From Paragordius varius (taxonomy: Eukaryota; Animalia; Nematomorpha), in assembly GCA_964247055.1 (NCBI GenBank), contig OZ176057.1, forward strand, positions 5,580,001-5,644,000: a stretch of DNA of 64,000 bases, in the 5' to 3' direction. The stretch's first letter is position 1. Each line of letters opens with the position of its first letter. Position numbers and translations under genes: made by a program. This document shows positions 25,401-39,300 of the stretch, one piece after another. The notes beneath the pieces were generated by a model that did no database searches, was not told the DNA's origin, and saw only the letters and a program-made list of their open reading frames with translations.

Positions 25401-28400
25401 ATTGAACTCGATTGATAGGGAAAACGTTTCGATTGACTGGGAAAATGTTTCGATTGAATGTGAAAACGTTTCGATTGACTGGGAAAATGTTTCGATTGAC
25501 TGGGAAAACGTTTTGATTGACTGGGAAAATGTTTCGATTGACTGGGAAAACTCGATTGATAGGAAAAACGTTTCGATTGACTGGGAAAATGTTTCGATTG
25601 AATGTGAAAACGTTTCGAATGACTGGGAAAACGCTTCGAATGACTGGAAAACGTTTCGAATGACTGGGAAAACGTTTCGATTGACTGGGAAAATGTTTCG
25701 AATGACTGGGAAAACGTTTCGATTGACTGGGATAAGGTTTCGATTGACTGGGAAAATGTTTAGAATGACTGGGAAAACGTTTCGATTCACTAGGAAAACG
25801 TTTCGATTGACTGGGAAAACTCTATTGATAGGGAAAACGTTTCGATTGACTGGGAAAATGTTTCGATTGAATGTGAAAACGTTTCGAATGACTGGGAAAA
25901 CGCTTCGAATGACTGGAAAACGTTTCCTATGACTGGGAAAAAGTTTCGAATGACTGGGAAAACGTTTCGATTGACTGGGAAAACGTTTCGATTGACTGGG
26001 AAAATGTTTCGATTGACTGGGAAAATGTTTCGAATGACTGGGAAAACGTTTCCTATGACTGGGAAAACGTTTCGATTGACTGGGAAAATTGTGAATGACT
26101 GGGAAAACGTTTCGAATGACGTTTCGAATGACTGGGAAAATGTTTCGATTCACTGAAAAACGTTTCGATTGACTGGGAAAATGTTTGGAATGACTGGGAA
26201 AACGTTTCGATTGACTGGGAAAATGTTTCGATTGACTGGGAAAACGTTTCGAATGACTGGGATAACATTTCGATTGACTGGGAAAACGTTTCGATTGACT
26301 GGGAAAATGTTTCGAATGACTGGGAAAATGTTTCGATTGACTGGGAAAATGTTTCGAATGACTGGGAAAACGTTTAGATTGACTGGGAAAATGTTGTGAA
26401 TGACTGGGAAAACCTTTCGATTCACTGGGAAAACGTTTCGATTGACTGGGAAAACTCGATTGATAGGGAAAACGTTTCGATTGACTGGGAAAATGTTTCG
26501 ATTGAATGTGAAAACGTTTCGATTGACTAGGAAAATGTTTCGATTGACTGGGAAAACGTTTTGATTGACTGGGAAAATGTTTCGATTGACTGGGAAAACT
26601 CGATTGATAGGGAAAACGCTTCGATTGACTGGGAAAATGTTTCGATTGAATGTGAAAACGTTTCGAATGACTGGGAAAACGCTTCGAATGACTGGAAAAC
26701 GTTTCGAATGACTGGGAAAACGTTTCGATTGACTGGGAAAATGTTTCGAATGACTGGGAAAACGTTTCGATTGACTGGGAAAATGTTTCGATTGACTGGG
26801 AAAATGTTTCGAATGACTGGGAAAACGTTTCCTATGACTGGGAAAACGTTTCGATTGACTGGGAAAATGTTGTGAATGACTGGGAAAACGTTTCGAATGA
26901 CGTTTCGAATGACTGGGAAAATGTTTCGATTCCCTGAAAAACGTTTCGGTTGACTGGGAAAATGTTTGGAATGACTGGGAAAACGTTTCGATTGACTGGG
27001 AAAATGTTTCGAATGACTGGGAAAATGTTTCGATTGACTGGGAAAATGTTTCGAATGACTGGGAAAACGTTTAGATTGACTGGGAAAATGTTGTGAATGA
27101 CTGGGAAAACCTTTCGATTCACTGGGAAAACGTTTCGATTGACTGGGAAAACTCGATTGATAGGGAAAACGTTTCGATTGACTGGGAAAATGTTTCGATT
27201 GAATGTGAAAACGTTTCGAATGACTGGGAAAACGCTTCGAATGACAGGAAAACGTTTAGATTGACTGGGAAAACGTTTCGATTGACTGGGAAAACCTTTC
27301 GATTCACTGGGAAAACGTTTCGATTGACTGGGAAAACTCGATTGATAGGGAAAACGTTTCGATTGACTGGGAAAATGTTTCGATTGAATGTGAAAACGTT
27401 TCGAATGACTGGGAAAACGCTTCGAATGACAGGAAAACGTTTAGATTGACTGGGAAAATGTTGTGAATGACTGGGAAAACGTTTCGATTGACTGGGAAAA
27501 CTCGATTGATAGGGAAAACGTTTCGATTGACTGGGAAAATGTTTCGATTGAATGTGAAAACGTTTCGAATGACTGGGAAAACGCTTCGAATGACTGGAAA
27601 ACGTTTCGAATGACTGGGAAAACGTTTCGATTGACTGGGAAAATGTTTCGAATGACTGGGAAAACGTTTCGATTGACTGGGAAAATGTTGTGAATGACTG
27701 GGAAAACGTTTCGAATGACGTTTCGAATGACTGGGAAAATGTTTCGATTCCCTGAAAAACGTTTCGGTTGACTGGGAAAATGTTTGGAATGACTGGGAAA
27801 ACGTTTCGATTGACTGGGAAAATGTTTCGAATGACTGGGAAAATGTTTCGATTGACTGGGAAAATGTTTCGAATGACTGGGAAAACGTTTAGATTGACTG
27901 GGAAAATGTTGTGAATGACTGGGAAAACCTTTCGATTCACTGGGAAAACGTTTCGATTGACTGGGAAAACTCGATTGATAGGGAAAACGTTTCGATTGAC
28001 TGGGAAAATGTTTCGATTGAATGTGAAAACGTTTCGAATGACTGGGAAAACGCTTCGAATGACAGGAAAACGTTTAGATTGACTGGGAAAACGTTTCGAT
28101 TGACTGGGAAAACCTTTCGATTCCCTGGGAAAACGTTTCGATTGACTGGGAAAACTCGATTGATAGGGAAAACGTTTCGATTGACTGGGAAAATGTTTCG
28201 ATTGAATGTGAAAACGTTTCGAATGACTGGGAAAACGCTTCGAATGACAGGAAAACGTTTAGATTGACTGGGAAAATGTTGTGAATGACTGGGAAAACGT
28301 TTCGATTGACTGGGAAAACTCGATTGATAGGGAAAACGTTTCGATTGACTGGGAAAATGTTTCGATTGAATGTGAAAACGTTTCGAATGACTGGGAAAAC

Positions 28401-30262
28401 GCTTCGAATGACTGGAAAACGTTTCGAATGACTGGGAAAACGTTTCGATTGACTGGGAAAATGTTTCGAATGACTGGGAAAACGTTTCGATTGACTGGGA
28501 AAATGTTGTGAATGACTGGGAAAACGTTTCGAATGACGTTTCGAATGACTGGGAAAATGTTTCGATTCCCTGAAAAACGTTTCGGTTGACTGGGAAAATG
28601 TTTGGAATGACTGGGAAAACGTTTCGATTGACTGGGAAAACGTTTCGATTGACTGGGAAAATGTTTCGAATGACTGGGAAAATGTTTCGATTGACTGGGA
28701 AAATGTTTCGAATGACTGGGAAAACGTTTAGATTGACTGGGAAAATGTTGTGAATGACTGGGAAAACCTTTCGATTCACTGGGAAAACGTTTCGATTGAC
28801 TGGGAAAATGTTTCGATTGAATGTGAAAACGTTTCGAATGACTGGGAAAACGCTTCGAATGACTGGAAAACGTTTCGAATGACTGGGAAAACGTTTCGAT
28901 TGACTGGGAAAATGTTTCGAATGACTGGGAAAATGTTTCGAATGACTGGGAATACGTTTCCTATGACTGGGAAAACGTTTCGATTGACTGGGAAAATGTT
29001 GTGAATGACTGGGAAAACGTTTCGAATGACGTTTCGAATGACTGGGAAAATGTTTCGATTGACTGGGAAAACGTTTCGAATGACTGGGATAACATTTCGA
29101 TTGACAGGGAAAACGTTTCGATTGACTGACAAAATGTTTCGAATGACTGGGAAAATGTTTCGATTGACTGGGAAAATGTTTCGAATGACTGGGAAAACGT
29201 TTCCTATGACTGGGAAAACGTTTCGATTGACTGGGAAAATGTTGTGAATGACTGGGAAAACGTTTCGAATGACGTTTCGAATGCCTGGGAAAATGTTTCG
29301 ATTCACTGAAAAACGTTTCGATTGACTGGGAAAATGTTTGGAATGACTGGGAAAACGTTTCGATTGACTGGGAAAATGTTTGGAATGACTGAGAAAACGT
29401 TTCGAATGCCTGGGAAAATATTTTGAATGAATGTGAAAACGTTTCGATTGACTAGGAAAACGTTTCGAATGACTGGGAAAACGTTTCGATTGACTAGGAA
29501 AACGTTTCGAATGACGTTTCGAATGACTGGGAAAATGTTTCGAATGACTGAGAAAACGTTTCGATTGACTGGTAAAATGTTTCGAATGACTGGGAAAACG
29601 TTTCGAATGACTGGGAAAACGTTTCGAGTGACGTTTCGAATGACTGGGAAAATGTTTCGAATGACTGGAACAACGTTTTGAATGACTGAGAAAACGTTTC
29701 GAATGACTGAATGTTTCGATTGACTGTGAAAACGTTTCGATTGACTGGTTAAATGTTTCGAATGACTGGGAAAACGTTTCCTATGACTGGGAAAACGTTC
29801 GATTGACTGGGAAAATGTTGTGAATGACTGGGAAAACGTTTTGAATGACTGAATGTTTCGAATGACTGGGAAAACGGTTCGATTGACTAGGAAAACCTTT
29901 CGATTGACTGGGAAAACGTTTCGATTGAGTGGGAAAATGTTTCGAATGACTGGGAAAATGTTTCGATTGAATGGGAAAATGTTTCGATTGACTGGGAAAA
30001 CGTTTCGAATGACTGGGCAAACGTTTCGATTGACTGGAAATGTTTCGAATGACTGGGAAAACGATTCAAATGACTAGGAAAACGTTTCGATTGACTGGGA
30101 AAATATTTCGAATGACTGGGAATACGTTTCGAATCACTGGGAAAATGTTTCGATTGACTGGAAATGTTTCGAATGACTTGGAAAACGTTTCAAATGACTG
30201 GGAAAACCTTTCAAATGATTGGGAAAATGTTTCGATTGACTGGGAAAACGTTTATTTTGACT
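22433..30262 (+). repeat. 7.8-kb satellite of 21-bp monomers (consensus TTTCGATTGACTGGGAAAACG), roughly 370 units, with higher-order repeats
   Basis: Direct reading; variant markers recur at 829, 1040 and 818 bp. Confidence 0.97.
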
Positions 30263-31333
30263 AAAAATGGTATATTTCATATTAATAATGAGTATCAGCC
30301 CGAAAACATAAATTATTTTTAGGGTCTACTTGAATATTTAAAGGGTGAATTTAAATTGTTAAGGATGAATTTGAATTGTAAATGGTATACATAAACTTAT
30401 ATCAGTGATACTCAAATAACGGCCCTAAAAGTGCGCTATTTCATGGCCATTTAAATTTTTAAGTTAGTAGTACTGCCTGATACCATTACATACCAAGTTT
30501 CCATCTTACACCTTAATTTTTATTGGTAAATTATTATTATATTTAGGAATTTCAACTTCAATTAGAATTAGAAAAAATAATTGAAATCACATTATTTTAT
30601 TTATTTGAATTACTTGACAAGATTTAAGCATTTATAAATGTATATAATTTAATGATATTTATGTGATTTTTAATAATATCTCATTAATTTCCCGAATAAA
30701 ATAAGATGGAGACATATATTACTAATTTATAATTATGTATAATTCATATTTTCGGTTACAGAAGTAATTCTACAAAAAAATGATTTAGAAGATGTCTGAC
30801 GATGTTTTAATAATAATTTGTATTATACAATATGCACATTTATATGTTGAATTCACTTAATGTGGGCAAAGTTATAATACAGTAGCGTATAGTATAAAAC
30901 AAAATTCATCCACAATTAAATAAACAATGGCCAAAAATAATTAAAATTGGTCTACCTACACAAATGAGCATACTGTAATTTTTTAAAATTACAGTAGCGG
31001 CATAAAACAATATTATTCCATAAAATAAAGTGTTTTTTTAAAAAAAACAAGGGGATATTATGGATATGTATATATACAACAAGGCTTGTTTTTTTAACAA
31101 ACATTTTTTATTATTTTATGGACTAATAATGTTTTATGCATACGCCAATGTATTTTGCACACAAGTTTTTTAACAATAAACTGCATTCAAAAATGTTTTC
31201 GCCAAGTCAAAACGGCACATGGAATTAGGAAATTGTTATAGAAAGATTAAAATTTTAATAGAATGGTCGCACGTACTCAATTGTATTTTTATATCTTAGT
31301 TTTTTATAAACCATACATCGTTAAAACCAATAT

Positions 31334-31680
31334 TATACCATTTACGAAATTCAAATTCACCCTTGAATAATTTAAATTCACCCTCGTCAATTTAAATTTA
31401 CCCTTGAACAATTTAAATTCACCCTAAAAATATATGTATTTTGGGGATAATATAACTCATCATTAATATGAAATATATTTTTATGACATTTCTTATTTTT
31501 TCAGATATTAATTTTAAACAGAATTTCATATTTTAAAATATTATAAATTAATGGAAATTTTTGATCTAATAAAACACATAATTAATTTTAGGGTGAATTT
31601 GAATTGTTTGAGGGTGAATTAGAATTGTTCAAGGGTGAATTCGATTTGTTCAAAGGTGAATTTGAATTGTAAATGGTATA
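31334..31680. mobile_element. B-family MITE (paralogous copy 44304-44653; others near 39950, 51413, 57125)
   Basis: TATACCATTTAC...GTAAATGGTATA ends with 3-4 copies of AATTCAAATTCACCCTTGAAC per arm. Confidence 0.8.
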
Positions 31681-31683
31681 TAA

Positions 31684-32935
31684 CACTGTGTGCAAAAAAG
31701 AGGGCCATTTTGATTTAATGAAAAATTTTTTTATTCATGAGATAGCTTATGACCAGCGTATTCATTGGCCCCAAAAATTTTTATTTGTGGACAACTTAGT
31801 TTTTGAAATATTGAGAGAAAATCGAAATCGGGCAAAAAGTGAAAATTAAGGATAATTAAGGATAATTCAAAAAATAATGATAAAATCTGAAATATTATCG
31901 TTTATTATCATTTTAGGAGATATTTTTATATAAATAGCTTAAAACATATAGTTAGGGTTTCTATAAAATTTCAGGTCAAAAGATGGCGTTTTTCTTTTAT
32001 CACACTTAAAAGACCAAAAAAGTTTAATGAAACTATATTAAAATAATTTTTTTATTTATTTACTACCTAAACTCACTATTAAAATCTTAAATATTTTATT
32101 CAGTAAAATAAACTTCTAAATCAAAATAAAACCAAAAATATTGTTTTTTTATTTTTGCATTTTTTTGTCATCCGGTTTATGAGTATATAAAAAATTTGTA
32201 CTGTTTTATTTTGGATTCTTAGATGATTAGGCATTATTTAGTATATAATTTATGCAAAATAGGAGTTAAAATTAGCGGAATATCAACCAACAATCCTTAC
32301 GATTTCCTGTAACAAGTCTGTTTTATGACAAATTAATATTTGTATTGCGATTTGTACGGATTGTTGGTTGATATTCCACTAATTTTCAATCCATTTTTGC
32401 ATAAATTATATACTTAATAATTCCCACTCATTTAAGAATCCAAAATAAATTATTTATACACTCATAATTCAGATGACAAAAAAATGCAAAAGGTTTTATT
32501 TATGATATAAAAGTTTATTTTCCTGAATTAAATATAACTGTTAAGATTTTAATAGTTGTTTTAGGTAGTAAATAATTAAAAAAAATTATTTTAATATAGT
32601 TTCATCAAATTTTTTTGGTCTTTTAAATGTGATAAAAGAAAAACGCCATCTTTTGACCTGAAATTTTATAGAAACCCTAACTATAAGATTTTAAGCTATT
32701 TATATATTGAAAATATCTCCTAAATGAGAATAAACGATAATATTTCAGATTTTATCATTATTTTTTGAATTATCCTTAATTATCCTTAATTTTCACTTAT
32801 TGCCCGATTTCGATTCGCTCTGAATATTTCAAAAACTAGGTCAAAAATAAAAATTTTTGCAGCAAATGAATACGCTGGTCATAAGCTATCTTATGAAAAA
32901 AAATTTTTTCGTTAAAATTTTTTTTGCACAGAGTG
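31684..32935. mobile_element. 1252-bp foldback element with CAC...GTG termini and 3-bp TAA TSD (CMC/Chapaev3-like, non-autonomous)
   Basis: About 600-bp inverted arms around a short spacer near 32310-32350; TAA at 31681-31683 and 32936-32938; empty site with a single TAA at 44654-44656. Confidence 0.85.
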
Positions 32936-33352
32936 TAATATGAGCGGATACTAAAAACTACATAATCTATAATGTGACCTCCTTATACTACTATTTTTAT
33001 AACACACTAATATTTGTTTAAATAAGGGTAAACAAGCCACATTAAAGTACATATAGGTTAAAATAAATTAATATTGTTATTTCAAAAGGTACAGTAGCGT
33101 ATGGTAACAAACAACAAATGCTTAAAATGATCATCATTTTTCTCTATGTTTTACATAATTTTGTATATATTTAGTTATAAGCAAACGTTGTTTTATGCCA
33201 TACGCTACTGTATATTATGTTAAATCAATTTAACGGATATGAACTCACATTATGTGTTGTTTGTCCTATAAATATATATATAGAGGATTATATATGCTTT
33301 AAATTTGTGGTTTGCTAGCTAATATATTAATCTAAAAATTTAAAAAAGCACA

Positions 33353-36300
33353 ATGCAAAAAATCAGATTTTTATTTTAATCATTATCTCAATCATTCCAA
33401 ACACCGTATGTGTTGCAATAATTACAGGTAAATTTGACATTATATTTTGACTATTGATAATTTTTTTACTTTATATGAGATTAGTATGCCCTTTAAGACC
33501 AGAGGCGTAGGAGCGGGGAAAGGGCGTCACTGTTGAAAGGGTGCCGAATTTTAAAATTTTTAATTTTATTTAAAAAAATAGGTATTTCAAATTTATTATT
33601 TTAACCCTTTATGAGTGGTTATGACCACGGTTTAATGTTTAAGAAAAATTAGCCTTTTTATCAAGAGTTAATAATTCCATTTGAGGGGTAGTTGTAATTT
33701 CGAGCGGAATACATAAAAAATCATCATATATATTATATAACGAGATAAATTTAAAAACGTGCTTTTGGGTGTGTATAAAAATATTTTTAAAAAAAAGTAT
33801 TTTTAGCCGTCAAAATTATTACTTTTTATATTTTTATGTGGCGAAATAAACTGGCATTCAATGTAATATTGTTATGAATAATTCATTTTAATTTAACAGC
33901 AAGCTTCCGATATTCTTTATAAATTATTTTTAAACTTAATTAAAATTTATATAAATCGTTGTAATAAAACTATATTATATATTTATATTTATATATATAT
34001 ATATATATATAGTATAAATTAAAATTATACGGACAACACGAAATACAAAGATATATATTTTTTACACCATACTTTTTAAAACCTTAATTTTTCTCATATA
34101 AGCTATTTATTTACGATTGTAAAATATAAAATTGATTGTGTTAGTTTTATATATCTCTATTTCTGGTTCAACCATTTAAAACAATGAGTTTCATTGAAAT
34201 AAATTAAAATTTAAATAGTATGGTTGTCATTTAGAAAAAAATAGTTGTTTTATATTTATACATTTTGGTATAATTTTAGTTTTTACTCAATCTATATAAT
34301 GTAACATAATTATATATTATTTTATTAGGTACTGTAACCAAATTTAGTCAATCAACTACGTTTTTGCTGGAATCTCAAAGAGATATAAATTTAACAAATA
34401 GCGAACATAGATCTTATAAATTGGTAAGCTTTAAAGTAAATTAATAATTTATTAAAACCATAAAGATATCAGAAATTATAGTGATATCAAGAACGAATAA
34501 AAAACTAAAACTACAATTTTATTATGATCTTTGGGGTAAAACAAAAATTTAAATGGTAAAATACGTAATTTTTTATTTTACTGTTGTAATCGATTGATTG
34601 GTTTACTATCAAATGAAAAAGGCGAAAATCATGGTTATCATTAAAAAAATATGGTTATTTATGATGTTTATAATTATAGAAGGGGAATCCTGGTGAGGTT
34701 TGTACTGGACAATAGATGTTAATCATAATCCAATAATTAACTTAAAAAAACCCTAAGGAAATGCTAAACAGCAATTGGATATTAAAAAAGATTTATAAAA
34801 TTCCACAAGCCTAAACAGTTGGCTTTCTAAAAAGATATTTGAATAGGATTTAACAAAGTAAAAGTCTTTTATCATACATGTTTTCTTATCAGAAAAAATT
34901 TTCATTTCATAGCTAATTCCGATAATAAGAGTTTTCACAATATGAGATACTCTAACTGTTCTCTTTTAACACTCTACTACATTTTGGGGTAGTTTTGTAT
35001 CATAGAGCCATTTGAAATTTGAATATTTTAAAAATATTCAAAATTACGGCGAATTTATAAATATGCTTTCTTTGGTCTTTTAAGCGCATTTCTGTCGCCA
35101 TTTTATTCTAATTTTTTTAAATCTCTAAAACAGGCAAATAAATGTATATTATGGTTATAAAATGTAAATAATTAACTTTAGGAAGCTTTCAAGCTACATT
35201 TTAGAACCAAAAACTTAAATATATTTTGCCTTTAATATCAGCTGTTCGTTTGAGTCGTGTTTTGTGTCCCAATTTAAGACTTTAGTAGTCACAAAACTGT
35301 GAAAATATAAGCTTTGAGTTAAATGACTAAAATTCAAAAAGTTCATTTATAAAATTGATTTCTGAGATACTAAACTATCCCAAAAGGTAAACTAGGACAA
35401 AAAAGTAAAAAGGTGATAAAGTGTATATCAATATAATTGCAAAATCAAAAAATGAAAAATTGTATTTACTCAACAATTTGTAGCCTCCGAATCCAATAAT
35501 AATTATTTTATTTGAAAAATGAGGAAGAAATCCCTGCTAAATTAGTAAGTTTATCCTCACAATACATAAATTTTTTTATGATATAACACTTAGTTGGCAA
35601 AATATGGATTCCATGGTTTTTAGCGCATTTACATTTTTTTAAAATATTATTTATGAAACATCGAATTAAAACCTTCAATTTTTATTTTACATTGCAAAAA
35701 ACTTTTTATTTCGCTTCATAAATCTTTTGGAGGGACAATTGACAATTATTTTTATAAGTGTTTGTTAGAGTTACAGGGCTATTAAATCGCCTATAAAATA
35801 AGTTTATTAGATTTGTAGCTAAATTATTTTATTATTTATAAACCAGCCTCTTGGATTTAATATAAAATCTCACAAAAAATAAAACCATAAATGCTTATTT
35901 ATTATATCACCATCTTTATTTTTATTTATGCAATAAAAACTGAATTAACGGACAAAATGTAAAGAGATAAAGACAAATTTTTGCTGAAAACAACCTCATA
36001 CATTTTAAAATCTTGATTTTTTAAAAATAACTCATTGTTTTAAATTGCAAAGTATGAAATCGATGAGTGTCTTTGTAAAACAATCTATTATATATTTTAT
36101 AGTTGTGCTTTATAAATTATACGAAAAAATTATGGTTTAAAAAGTAAGGGTGAAAAAATGTGTTTTAATATATTTACGTTATGTCCGTATAATTTTAATT
36201 TTTCTCCATATAATGGTAACCAAAAAGAAATTAAATTGTTTTGACAGTTTCTTAATTATTTAAAATAACCTCATTTGCAAAATAAAAAACAGATATGCAA

Positions 36301-39300
36301 ACAACAAACCTAATTATATATACCACAATTTGAGACATAAGAAATATGAATGGTATTTAAAAATACAATTTAATTAAATAATAAAATTAATTTAAAATTT
36401 CATATAATATGTTTTTTCTAAGTTTTATAAAAATAATTTTAATTTGTAAATAAAAATTTGGATAAGAGAAAGAACACGTGAATACCTCTCTATAAATAGC
36501 GCACCGAAGTATAAGTTGGTTCTTTATTTATATATTATTTTTTATCTGTAAAAAAACGGAAATAAATAAATTTAAATATAAGTACCCAAAGTGACTTGTG
36601 CTACACAATCTCTTAATAAAACGTTAAATTTTATGGTTAAAAATAGACACTCTCATAATATAGCTGCGCTCTATTTATCAATATAAATTTATACAAATAA
36701 TTTACATATATTAAATTAAAATAATTTTGCCCAATTTATAATTGCTTCCGATTGCTGTTTTAACAAATATAATTTTTATGAAAAAGGCTCGAAATGCACC
36801 ATTTATACGATTTACACTTCAAAAATATCCTTAATCATGTCTAGATGATCCTTGAACATTTAAGACAAATTTATTTTGTTAACTTTTATTAATAAAACAT
36901 GTAGGGATATAAACAAAACCGTTTTTGGTTTCACCTTTAAAGATTTTTAAGTTTAGTTATTTGTAATTTGCGTTTATCAACTGATAACCTACTTAATATC
37001 TTGAATATATAAAAAAGGAAAAAAGAGAGATTTAAAAAAAACTATTATTTTAAAATGAATGTTCATTATAAAATTGCAAGTTTTCCAATTATCTCGTTTC
37101 CGCAATATACGGATTCTATTAGATGATGTGTTGATAATGATTATAATATTCGAAACTGTTATTGTGTTTTGTTTTAAAAATAATGCCATGTATTATAATA
37201 ATCTTAATTTTGATAATCTATTGAAAATTTATTATTTTTAAATGAGTTTAGATCGGGGATGCTGAATATGCGGCCCTTTGAGACTTTATGTGCAACCTGC
37301 GAAAAATCTTGATATCCATAATTGATACGAAATGAGCTTATAAAATCTTAATAAAATCAACATTTTTTAAACAATTTTTCTAATTTTGCCCATTCTAATG
37401 GAAGAATTAGAAAAAGTTGTTTGTTGAGTTTTACAGTTATTATATATTTCAAATTTATTATATAGTGCCCATATATTTAAATGCGGCCCGCCAAGCCATT
37501 TGTGTTGGATATCCCTGATTTAGATAATACTTTTCATTTTTCTTATCCTATATTTTATAATATTAGCAATCGAAATGTGCAAAATATTCTAAACAAATTC
37601 AAAGATATACTAAATGCACAAAAAGGTTAGTAATTTGCCTCATCTCAATAATTTTTTAGACTTACCCTAAAATCGGTTTCCAAAGAGTTATTGTATCCTG
37701 TACTATCAAAAGGTATTTTTTATTTGGAGGTGAAAATAAAATTATAAAAACAAAACGTAAAAAATAAAATGCTAATATTTTTCCATTTGATATATATATG
37801 ATTGCTATGTAAAGAATTATATTCACATCCTATTGTGCATAAGCCAAACGATATTTTATTATGAATCAAGATTTAAAAAAATATGTTTGTTTTATTACAA
37901 AATAACAAAGTTTTTACCTTTTGCGTTTAGTTTGTATAATTTAATTTATTTATTGCAATTTATTTCAATAACGAAAGCGTATCTGAATTTGTTTTAGGCA
38001 AACCAACTTTTATTGTTTGGAATGATTCACGCTTCATCCATTATCCAAAGGGAAAAGGAAAAACCAAAGTAAAAAATTTTTTTTTATTCCCATTATTAAA
38101 ATGATGGTTTAGTGAAAGGAATTATTTTTTACAAAAAATACTAAATAAAATCGTTTTTAAACAAATTAATAAATGAATATTTTATTTTGTCTACAAATAA
38201 CTTAAAACTCAAGTTTTCTCTTTGATTTGATTCCCAATTATTCAGTAATATGTAAAATATGAAACTACTATCGTCGCCAGTTCCTATCAAAAAAGCGTTC
38301 GAAAAAAACCTTATATAAAAAATTTAAAAATAAAGTTTTTGAAAGTGCATAAAAATCAATATTATTCATATACTAACTAAAATATCATTATTAAACAGCT
38401 ATAAATAAATATAACAAAAAATATTTCCCTGATTAAAAATGTAAATTAATATTTTGCTGCATAGTTATGCCCGAAAATTTCACTTTTGCAATACAATGTT
38501 GGCAATCATAGTATGTGCCGATTAACTCAAGAAACGGGGAAAACAATCAATAAGGGAATTGTTAAAGTCAAAATCCATAATTTACAACATTTTCTTCCCA
38601 AGTTATTATATTAAATATTCCTACACCTCAAACTCTTAAAAGTTTATATTCCCTAACAATTTGAATTCACCCAAAAATAAATATATGTTTTTGGGATAAT
38701 ATAACTCATCATTAATAAGATTAATTTCTTTATGCATAGTTGATTATTTTTCAGTATTAAATTAATTTAAAACAAATTTTTATTTTTTAAATTCATAAAA
38801 TAGGTGATTTCTAATATTTAAAAACACATAATTAATTTTAGGCTGAATATGAATCGTTCAAAGGTGAATCGAATTGTTCGAGGGTGAATTTGAATTGTTC
38901 AAGAATAAATTTGAGGTTTAAATGGTATATGTAAATAAATTTTAAAATTGCCTTAAGTGGTGTCGCTAAAATTATATATTACTATGTTTTAAATAAATAC
39001 TTAATCGTTTTTAATAGTATGGTATAATACATTGCCAACTTTTCATTAATTACTGCCAGATAGCATTATTTATATTTCAATGCGTAAAATACTATTTACA
39101 TTATATATTTAATGGTTGCTTATTTAACAGTATAGTTGGACAATCTGAAAAACAGTAGCGTATGGAGAAAACAACAAAATGTTAAAAAAAAATTTTTTTC
39201 TTTCTTTTTTTTCCATACACTACTGTGTTGCATATTGCCCAATATAGTGTAAAATAAGCAACCATTAAAATGCATATTGTAATAAAAATAGTTTTAAGTA

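Larger units (their letters stand above)
19569..30272. mobile_element. 10.7-kb TIR-bounded element (X) containing tandem duplications and a satellite
   Basis: TA|TACCATTT...AAATGGTA|TA; left arm (19569-19760) is the reverse complement of the right arm (from about 22260), both with 21-bp subterminal repeats. Confidence 0.8.
19408..30388. mobile_element. B-family MITE split by a 10.7-kb insertion (left part 19408-19568, right part 30273-30388)
   Basis: Joining the parts restores the GCCATAAA.ATATATTTCATAT...GAGT...GCCCGAAAAC sequence seen uninterrupted in the B copy at about 51413-51680. Confidence 0.75.

Noticed and set aside
19580-30262. CRISPR-like array
   Set aside because: Repeats are contiguous with no unique spacers, there are no cas genes, and the context is eukaryotic
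22381-30264. Long ORFs with heptad peptides (DWENVSI, GKTFRLT, SQSKRFP, ETFSQSI, VNRNVFP)
   Set aside because: A by-product of a 21-bp monomer that is stop-free in most frames; frames switch and stop at random, and both strands are equally open
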